From Nitrososphaeraceae archaeon (GTDB taxonomy: Archaea; Thermoproteota; Nitrososphaeria; Nitrososphaerales; Nitrososphaeraceae), in assembly GCA_035297365.1 (NCBI GenBank), contig DATGZA010000038.1:1-18729 (forward strand): a stretch of DNA of 18,729 nt, in the 5' to 3' direction. The position numbers were made by a program, and so were the translations under genes. The notes under the pieces were generated by a model. That model saw only the letters and a list, made by a program, of their open reading frames with translations, was not told the origin of the DNA and searched no databases. Every line of letters begins with the position of its first letter. Within the stretch, counting starts at the first letter, position 1. Below, one piece after another: positions 8,914-16,608 of the stretch.

Positions 8914-9302
8914 ATGTCTACACTTTCAAAAACTCTTACATTACGAATTCCCTCCAATATAATTTAACATGCTTTAAATGATACAAGATTAGAAATCCTT
9001 TTTTCTGAATTTTTCATGGGCATAAAAAGAAAATTATATCTGATAAAATAAATAAGGAGATTAGTTTTAGTACAATAACTGAAGGAGAACAGATTGAAAT
9101 TATTGAAACATTCAAATTTAAAATATCTAATAATAACAGAACAATTGTCGAATATAATAATGAAACAAAAAGTATAGAAGAAAACAATATAATATTAGAA
9201 TCTATAGTACATACACATGTAGCTAATATTTTATATTCACTTTTGATACTTGAGACGGGATATATTAATGGAGTATTAGAAAATAAGGAAAAAAATAGAT
9301 AA
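8914..9302 (+). pseudogene. Hypothetical gene (possibly SRPBCC/START-like) with an in-frame TAA (8965-8967) and a frameshift near 9030
   Basis: MSTLSKTLTLRIPSNII*HALNDTRLEILFSEFFMGIKRK / IISDKINKEISFSTITEGEQIEIIETFKFKISNNNRTIVEY...ILYSLLILETGYINGVLENKEKNR*. The listed minus-strand ORF 9014..9307 is its antisense shadow. The fold assignment is a guess. Confidence 0.65.
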
Positions 9303-9455
9303 TTCAATATGAAAAAGGAAAAAGTGTAGAGATTGCAAACTTTAAGATTTTATGAGCAATAGGATAGATTCATATCTGCTTGGTGCTATTAACTAAATGG
9401 TATTACATTTCAAATAACAATATTAAATATGTTACCAAATCAATTAAAAAATATT

Positions 9456-9547
9456 GTATATGGGACCACCTAATCACAAATGGGTTCAGTAATGTTATTT
9501 AGCTAAATGTGTGGGATTTGAACCCTTCTATAAAGTGGGACTAGTTA
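9456..9547 (-). repeat. Family B repeat, copy 2 (inverted relative to copy 1)
   Basis: Reverse complement reads TAACTAGTCCCACTTTATAGAAGGGTTCAAATCCCACACATTTAGCT...TACTGAACCC...TGGTCCCATATAC. Confidence 0.9.
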
Positions 9548-9780
9548 ATATTTTTTATTTCTTTCCTAATTTAACAGATTATCAATAATAGATCAGTTAT
9601 ATCAAATTCTCAAGATTAATCTGTTCTGAATTGTACCCAATCTAGTGCACCGGTTAAATAACCATCAAACAAACAATATAACTGAACTCCTCTGCATCTA
9701 CTAATATCAGGAAATACTTAGGTCATTCAATCCAATGCTCCATATACAAATATTACATACTATGCAATTATTACCATTAA

Positions 9781-10968
9781 GTGGCTACAGCAAAACAAAT
9801 CTTAATTTTAGGAGCAGGTTTTGGAGGATTGGCATCAGCCAACTTATTACGAAAGAGTCTTCAAAAGGAAGAATGTCAAATTACTGTCATTGACAAAAGC
9901 AAGTATTTTATGATGGGCCTTGTGAACTTATGGATACTAAATGGAACTAGAAGATTGGAGAATTCCCAAGTTGCTTTGAAAAAGCTAGAAGCTAAAGGAA
10001 TTAAATTTTTGAACGATGAAATAATAAGGATAGATCCATCTGAAAATAGCGTTACTACTAAAACCAACGATAATAAATTACAATACGATTATTTGATAAT
10101 AGCGTTAGGTGCAGAACTTGTACCAAAACGAATCAATGGATTTGAAAATAATGGAAGTTGTTTTAACATATATGATGCTCAGCAAGTCCCAAGTCTGCGA
10201 GAAAAAATACTTTCTCTAACAAGCGGTCGTATAGTAATCTGTATAGCGGATATTCCATATAAATGCCCCCCAGCACCTTATGAGGTGTCATTATTGATCA
10301 ATGATATATTGATTAAAAATGAAACAAGAGATTCCATTGATTTGGATATATACGTACCAACACCAATTTCATTACCTGTAGCTGGAGCAAATATAAGTCA
10401 AGATGTTGTCAACTTGCTCAACGATAACCACATCAATTTCCATCCTCTACATAAAATAAAAAAAGTATTAGATAAAAAAACAATAGAATTTGAAAATGGC
10501 AGTAAGACAAGCTATGAAGTATTAGTACTAATTCCTCCTCATCAAGTTCCTCAAATCATCAAGAATTCTGATCTGCTAGGAGATGGCGATCAACATTGGA
10601 TCAATGTTGACAAATTTACCCTTAGAACAAAATACAAAAATGTCTTTGCAATAGGCGACGTAACCGAGATTAGACTTGATAAAACCACAACCATCCCTAA
10701 AGCTGGAATATTTGCAGAGGGCGAAGCAAAGGTAGTCAGCCAGCAAATTATCAATGAAATTAAAAATAACAATAACAATAAAGCACTTACAAAGTTTGAT
10801 GGAAAAGGGTTTTGCTTTATGGAAATAGGAGATAAAAAAGCTGGATACATCTATGCAGACTTCTATAATGAAAGAGGTCCTACTACGAGGCTTGATCCAC
10901 CGTCAGACGAGTTCTATCAAAAGAAACTTGATTTTGAAAGAAGCAGATTAAACGAATGGTTGCTGTGA
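9781..10968 (+). CDS. Sulfide:quinone oxidoreductase-like FAD-dependent oxidoreductase
   Basis: GAGFGG Rossmann motif, YDYLIIALG, YKCPPAPYE (Cys), NVFAIGD, PKAG, GFCFME (second Cys). This is the SQR/FCSD superfamily pattern. Confidence 0.88.
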   Translation: MATAKQILILGAGFGGLASANLLRKSLQKEECQITVIDKSKYFMMGLVNLWILNGTRRLENSQVALKKLEAKGIKFLNDEIIRIDPSENSVTTKTNDNKLQYDYLIIALGAELVPKRINGFENNGSCFNIYDAQQVPSLREKILSLTSGRIVICIADIPYKCPPAPYEVSLLINDILIKNETRDSIDLDIYVPTPISLPVAGANISQDVVNLLNDNHINFHPLHKIKKVLDKKTIEFENGSKTSYEVLVLIPPHQVPQIIKNSDLLGDGDQHWINVDKFTLRTKYKNVFAIGDVTEIRLDKTTTIPKAGIFAEGEAKVVSQQIINEIKNNNNNKALTKFDGKGFCFMEIGDKKAGYIYADFYNERGPTTRLDPPSDEFYQKKLDFERSRLNEWLL

Positions 10969-11297
10969 TAATAATATGACTTTAGTCCTAACACCTTCTT
11001 TTTTTTTAAGTTCTACTATTTAACCAATAAATGCTTGTTTTTCAAAATTGGTAAGAGAATAAAAATTCATTTAATATATAATATTATGTAAAAAAATTCT
11101 ATTTTAACATAGGTATATTGAATATGTTACCTAGAATTACTTACTTTGTAAAGATTTGCATGAGTATATAAATGTTAACATGTTAAACCTGGGGCATACA
11201 ACTGTTATATAGCCAAGATATCAGATAAGGAGTAAGGTCAAGTACAGACCACAAAACCGTAGAGAATAATATAAAAGAACTGTACATTAACACGAAT

Positions 11298-11425
11298 GTG
11301 TTATCAGTATCTTGTAGGGACGTAGGAGTAAACTGTGACCTTAAGGAATTGGAGAAACAGAAGAAGAGTTAATGAATAACTTGGTAGACCATGAATTAGA
11401 TAAATACCAAAGCGATGCTAAATAG
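11298..11425 (+). pseudogene. DUF1059-type small metal-binding protein, frameshifted near 11341
   Basis: (M)LSVSCRDVGVNCD / GIGETEEELMNNLVDHELDKYQSDAK* fits the C.D.G..C.....G.TEEE......H signature. Confidence 0.75.
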
Positions 11426-11467
11426 CAAGCAATATCCAAAAATAGATGTTTGTTATTGAGTATTCAC

Positions 11468-11977
11468 ATGGATAGCAATGAGCCATTTGCTTTATATCCT
11501 AGGACAATAAATCATATAGCAGTTAGTGTTTCTAATCTAGAGGAAGCAATAAAATGGTATCAGGATATACTAGGGTTTACATTAATAAAGCAACCTATAG
11601 AATTTGTAGCAGATGATTCCCTGACTGGGATGGCGGTCAAAGATTTTCATGGTCCGAAGTTAAAGAGAATGAAAATAGCTTGGTTAAGTTCCGCCAATCA
11701 GGTAGGATATGAAATTATTGAATATATTGAGCCTAAAGTCGAAAGACGGGCAGATAGTTTTGAGTACTGGAAATAAGGAATTACCCATATTTCTGTTACT
11801 GATCCAGATATTGAAGGACTGTGTAAAAGAATCTCTGAGAGTGGAGGAAAGCAACGAAGTAAGATTTGGGAGATAGTTCCGGACAAGCATTATAAAGTAG
11901 CCTTTTGTGAAGATCCATTCGGCAATATCATTGAAATCTATGACCATAGTAACGAGCAGTTAATACTCTCTCTTTAA
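11468..11977 (+). pseudogene. VOC/glyoxalase (lactoylglutathione lyase-like) gene with a premature TAA at 11774-11776
   Basis: PRTINHIAVSV...GYEIIEY...FEYWK*GITHISVTDPDIEGL...GGKQRS...FCEDPFGNIIEIY...SL*. The same frame continues past the stop and supplies the second His/Glu metal-ligand pair. Confidence 0.9.
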
Positions 11978-12333
11978 GTATCCTACGACCATTTCTTTTT
12001 AATCCAATATGGTCTTGGTATTCTAATAGATTGCAAAGGGCACTTTTCATTTACAATCATTCCTCAGAGAATTTCGGACTTCATAGAATTTTATTATTCA
12101 GGATCAGAATTTTTATATCAATTCTGTTTCTGAAAAATTGCCTCTCCTTTAGGGACAATAATTACAACACTAGGAGTAATTGTAGGAAGTATTGTGCGGT
12201 CAGTAAATGGTTCCTTACCCAGAAAAAATCGGAAAAAGATGAGAAAAAATATGATATATATCAATTTTTAATAAAACTAATTTTTACTAGAATTATTCAT
12301 TATGAAAATTAAAATAAATAGAAAAAATGAAAA

Positions 12334-12412
12334 GGGACCAAAATTTGTGTCAAATTTGTTTCACATCCCACTGGCCCCATTATATAAGCGGATTCATATA
12401 CTCAAATTGGAT
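12334..12412 (+). repeat. Family A repeat, copy 5 (core 12350-12382)
   Basis: Core TCAAATTTGTTTCACATCCCACTGGCCCCATTA. CTCAAATTGGAT at 12401-12412 is also present in the copy 4 right arm. Confidence 0.9.
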
Positions 12413-12823
12413 ATTAGATGTTGAAATAATAAGAGGAAGAAAATAGATAAATGCCATTTCTAGATGATCGAATAATTTAATTTCAAATAAACGGGTCCAT
12501 TCATCTGAGAAGAAAATTGACTAATTATCATCTCTTTTTTTGGTTAAAATTAAATATTTTAATTTGTCATAATAATTAAAAACTAATATTATTTTTCATT
12601 ATGTGTCCTAGTCTTGGATAGCCATTTAACTCTGCATGTGTTGCCAATTCTCCAAAAGCTCATCCAGTTCCCTTTTATAATGGTTCGATATCCTGGTTAG
12701 ATAGTGACTTTGTCTTTCTCTTCTCTTTAATCAATTTATTATACAGCACGTTTAAAAAAAGATTAATACATTCATCAATTATATTTTAATAGATTCTACT
12801 TTCGAATCTTAAATTAATTTTAT

Positions 12824-13756
12824 ATGTATTATCTTTTCATGTTAAATCACTTTATTATTACCTTCATTACGTTGCTCTTAACAATTTTTTTTATAACCGC
12901 TCTAGTGGTAGAATCAGTTATAGCAGCACCAAATACAATTGATATTCGAAGTAAAGAGAAAAAATCTACCGCCAATGATGATGATTTGATTGTAATCTCA
13001 AATATTAATTTACAAAATATAGAAAAAACAGGATTTCTTAGAGTAGTTGGTTTTATAAATGCGCAAGAATTTTCCAAGGATATTCCTTTATCAAATATAA
13101 GCGAATCAACAATGAAATTAACGGTTAAATTTATAGCGGATAGAGAGAATGAGATAGTTAACGCTAACTCACCAGATGAATTTTTTATTTGTGTATATCA
13201 TGTTAAAAATCAACACGATCCAATACATCATTTTGATTGCAATGAAGGCGATATAACGTCTACTACTGGACCTACCAAGGCGAATCTCTTCAAGCCGTTA
13301 TCGCAAGTATATCAAAAGAGTATAGACTACTATAATTTGTATGGAAAAACCCAGATAACTTCGTTTTCTTTATTACGTAATGATACTATTAGTTCCAATG
13401 ACAGTATTAATCCTAATCCGGATATCAATCCAACTAATCAAGAGAAAGTAAAGGTGAAGGTAATTGTACCATTAGAAGATAGAAAAGACACGAAAAAAAT
13501 CAAGGTGATGGCAATGCTAAAGGGCCAGATCCAATCAGAAGTGGTAGATGTTCAAAAGGAATTCGATAAAATTGGTGGTTATACAATAGAAAGAATATTT
13601 GCTTTTGACAGAGACACAGATATAGGGAAAATACAACCTGGAGATAGATTTCATGCATGTGTATCAGGAGAAGGACTAAAACCGCCAGAAGGGACAGAAT
13701 GTGAAAAGAGAATAATAAAAGGTCTGGATAAAGTCAATTCATTGGCGGCTAGATAA
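12824..13756 (+). CDS. Secreted hypothetical protein with two internally repeated Cys-pair domains
   Basis: Signal/TM segment; repeat 1 (LRVVGFINAQ...DEFFICVY...DCNEG) and repeat 2 (IKVMAMLKGQ...DRFHACVS...ECEKR) are separated by an N/P/S-rich linker. Confidence 0.85.
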   Translation: MYYLFMLNHFIITFITLLLTIFFITALVVESVIAAPNTIDIRSKEKKSTANDDDLIVISNINLQNIEKTGFLRVVGFINAQEFSKDIPLSNISESTMKLTVKFIADRENEIVNANSPDEFFICVYHVKNQHDPIHHFDCNEGDITSTTGPTKANLFKPLSQVYQKSIDYYNLYGKTQITSFSLLRNDTISSNDSINPNPDINPTNQEKVKVKVIVPLEDRKDTKKIKVMAMLKGQIQSEVVDVQKEFDKIGGYTIERIFAFDRDTDIGKIQPGDRFHACVSGEGLKPPEGTECEKRIIKGLDKVNSLAAR

Positions 13757-13796
13757 AATCTGGATAAAGTCAATTCATTGGCGGCTAGATAAAATC
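13723..13796 (+). repeat. Perfect 36-bp tandem duplication spanning the stop codon of the 12824..13756 gene
   Basis: TCTGGATAAAGTCAATTCATTGGCGGCTAGATAAAA at 13723-13758 and 13759-13794, followed by TC. Confidence 0.97.
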
Positions 13797-14007
13797 AAAG
13801 TTTTATTTGTTTTTTTGTATTTTAATAAAAGTTATAAAAAAATATTATAAAATGTGTTTCATAAAAACAAGATTTTTTATAGATCATCAATATTTATAAT
13901 CAAAAACTTTATGCATAATTTAATTTAATGAAGTATATGTGAATGTAAATAACCCGTCTAAATTATGTTACCCAAATTTATCAAAAATAGAATATACTCA
14001 TAATGAT

Positions 14008-14462
14008 TAATCAGTAGGTGCTATTGTAAATCCTTCCTGCTAGTAGAGATTATCCAGTAAATCTTTTACCCTTTCTTAAAACTTCTCTTCTTTTAATGCC
14101 ATATTTAGACGTACTCTTCTTGGTACCTTATCCCTGAATCCTCACTTTTGAAGTAATGTATTGATGAAAATATGATGGTATTATACTCCTCTTTCTCCTA
14201 TTATGACATCTTTAACCTGCTTTGTAATCCAATGTCCTGCTTGCTGATAAGAGATCCTTTTTTATCCTGTATGCTATATCATGTGATACATCTCTGCCCT
14301 CTTCTCTTTATCCTTCTTTAACCAATCTGATATTCATGTCCTGCTTCTGTGAATATTTCTTGCTACCTGTGCAGGAGTCTATTTTCCATCTAATAAATTT
14401 AAAACAACTAATATTCTTTCTCTTACATACATATCATGTTCTGATCAGTATAGTTTTTCAAA
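14008..14462 (-). mobile_element. IS630-family transposase relic (HTH / winged-helix part), with multiple stops and frameshifts
   Basis: EKLY*SEHDMYVRERILVVLNLLDGK*TPAQVARNIHRSRT*ISDWLKK ... WITKQVKDVI...GV*YH......LLQK*GFRDKVPRRVRLN..LKEEK ... EGFTIAPTD. This matches the IS630 W....V...I....GV.Y.......L...GF..KVPR motif leading towards the first catalytic Asp. Confidence 0.8.
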
Positions 14463-14605
14463 TCTTGTTTTTGAAATTATACTGGTACTAGTAGTAATAA
14501 ATAAGATATAAGATGTTAATAGTAATATGTAATACCTATTCTGAAATAAAATGTATTCCCCATATAGGAAAATAATTTCAGGATACTTATGCTAATTAGT
14601 ATAGT

Positions 14606-14875
14606 TTATGTTTGAAACATCATCTTCTTATCTTTACTAGATCTTTTCCATATTGAATATGGTGTAGGTCCCTTCATCATGCTAGTTTTATTCATCTGTT
14701 TCATCATTTTCTGCATCTGGATTGGGTCCGTCATCATAGCTCCCGGCATAGGAGTTTGCTGTCCCCCCATCATTATTCCTGGATTTATCATACAGGGTAT
14801 GATACCCATTATAATCTGATTTCATATCATCATCGGTCCCATCATCATACATGGCATTGCCATACCTGGTCTCAT
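14606..14875 (-). pseudogene. Fragment of a methionine-rich protein with an internal TGA (14822-14824), overlapped out of frame by the upstream gene
   Basis: MRPGMAMPCMMMGPMMI*NQIIMGIIPCMINPGIMMGGQQTPMPGAMMTDPIQMQKMMKQMNKTSMMKG... Confidence 0.65.
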
Positions 14876-15992
14876 GTGGAGGTACTATTTCTCTTATTTC
14901 TATATCATAGATATCAAATTTGAAATCATTTGCCTTGATTATAACTATTGGAGAACCCCACGTAATTGCTTGACCATCTGTCTCCGCACCACATACTTTC
15001 ATAGCATCACCCCAATTACCATTATCTATTACTTCATGTACTTTTTTATAAGGTCCCTTGCCACCATTTTCTACGTCTACCCAAGTTTCTAGTTTTACTG
15101 CGGTATCGTTTATATTGTATATTATACCTTTGAAACCTACTATTTTATCATAAATGTCTCCCACGCTTAAGCTTTGGTTATAGCGTTCCCATTCATAATC
15201 AATATGAAATTGTTCTTTTTTCATTCTTATGTTTCCATCATTAGATATATTGTGGTGGTAACTTGACCCACCACAAAAAAATTTGGGTTGACCATCAGAT
15301 ATTTTATATTCATTATCAAGTTGACTATGCGATATTGATCTGGTTACTATTGAAAGAGAATGCTGTTCTCCGTTAGAACGTGATGAATCAAGGAGTTTAA
15401 AAATCAAAGTCACTTCTATATTTTTCCAATCACTTGGTTTATACCAATGTCCTATCTCTTTTAATTCAGAAAAATTCCAACTTTGAATTTTATTACCTTT
15501 AGACATGTTATTTAATTCTGATGGCTTATCGGGTAGTATTCCCGCATCCATGGTATGAATGTCTATCCTTGGTCTGCCAAAATCTATTCTCCAACTTCCA
15601 TCAATATTTTGCTGTGTAAAAATATTTTCTTTATCACTTTTATCTACTTGAACAAGATCATTTGGATTGTTGATATTCAATCTATATGTTTCTCCATTTG
15701 AAATAGATTGGTAAATCTTTGGTATTATTATTTTTTTTATAGGAAAGAATGGTCTGTACATGGGATCTAGTGCAGTAGAATATGATTCATTTTTATCCTT
15801 CTTTTTATCCTTCTTTTCTATTTTTTTGTTTTGTTCATCTTCATCTTCTTCATTATCCGGTTCGGCATAGATGGACAAAATGGATAGGGTATTATTAGAA
15901 TGATTAAAATTAAAAATAATACCTATGATAATGATGAAAATTGCAATAAAAGATAACCAAGATATTGCAATTTCTGTATTTCCAAGTCTCAA
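14688..15992 (-). CDS. Secreted or anchored hypothetical protein with a probable lectin-like beta-sandwich domain; the last ~60 aa are probably spurious read-through
   Basis: TM segment, charged linker, then WKNIEVT..CGGSSYH..KEQFH..GFKGIIYN..VKLETWVD..DNGNWG..C...ITWGSP..REIVPP, a pattern I recall from a thaumarchaeal surface-protein family. Function is inferred. Confidence 0.78.
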   Translation of the reverse strand: MRLGNTEIAISWLSFIAIFIIIIGIIFNFNHSNNTLSILSIYAEPDNEEDEDEQNKKIEKKDKKKDKNESYSTALDPMYRPFFPIKKIIIPKIYQSISNGETYRLNINNPNDLVQVDKSDKENIFTQQNIDGSWRIDFGRPRIDIHTMDAGILPDKPSELNNMSKGNKIQSWNFSELKEIGHWYKPSDWKNIEVTLIFKLLDSSRSNGEQHSLSIVTRSISHSQLDNEYKISDGQPKFFCGGSSYHHNISNDGNIRMKKEQFHIDYEWERYNQSLSVGDIYDKIVGFKGIIYNINDTAVKLETWVDVENGGKGPYKKVHEVIDNGNWGDAMKVCGAETDGQAITWGSPIVIIKANDFKFDIYDIEIREIVPPHETRYGNAMYDDGTDDDMKSDYNGYHTLYDKSRNNDGGTANSYAGSYDDGPNPDAENDETDE

Positions 15993-16399
15993 TTTTTAAT
16001 CTATGAACATTTATTTTATTTATTAACTATCTAAATTTGTTAGATAATTTTCTTACTGTAATTTGTATCATATCTGCAGAAAATAAAATTTTATTTCATT
16101 TATTGCAAAAATACAAAAATGTATAAATATATTATCTAATTTTTCATTGTAACGTTATTATATAACATCTTTACTAAATCAAAGTAATATATTATATCTG
16201 TTATTTTAATGCTTAAGATGTCAATATAATTGTTTTATATTAAGGTCTGTCGCAAAGAACATTTAGATAGTCAATTTATTCTAATGTAACTAATCCTTAT
16301 GTGTAATAGTTATATTCTGAAACATACTGTATAAGGATACCTTTACAATCATTTTCTTATCATGTTCTCAAATCTGATTAAAGTAGCATATTTATCAAA

Positions 16400-16512
16400 G
16401 ATGCAGTGACAAAGTGACGGTTTTGTGGATATATTACATCTTTACTGATAATAAATCAGAACAGGAAATTGACCTTCAGATGTAGAGTATACAATATTAG
16501 AAGAATGCTGAA
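16400..16512 (+). mobile_element. Possible IS5-family transposase C-terminal relic
   Basis: DAVTK*RFCGYITSLLIINQNRKLTFRCRVYNIRR resembles S.IKR.FGE...SR....QN.EL.F.C..YN..R. An IS-end-like GGTCTGTCGCAAAG lies upstream at ~16244. Confidence 0.45.
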
Positions 16513-16608
16513 GTGGGTTTTATTGGCTGGTAACTATAAAGGGTTAGAACATTTCTCAGTAGAGAAACTAGATAAAGTTTTTTAATTATATTTTTTAAGA
16601 TTAACAAA

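Noticed and set aside
7636-11776. Stop-codon recoding suggested by three in-frame TAA codons (7636, 8965, 11774)
   Set aside because: TAA terminates most intact genes in the window and other genes are broken by frameshifts, so ordinary decay is the simpler explanation.
12031-12312. 93-aa plus-strand ORF
   Set aside because: TTG start and no recognisable motif. Another frame holds a TM-like stretch broken by a stop, so at most an unidentifiable remnant.
812-12412. Family A as a CRISPR array
   Set aside because: Copies are kilobases apart with genes between them. There are no regular spacers and no cas genes.
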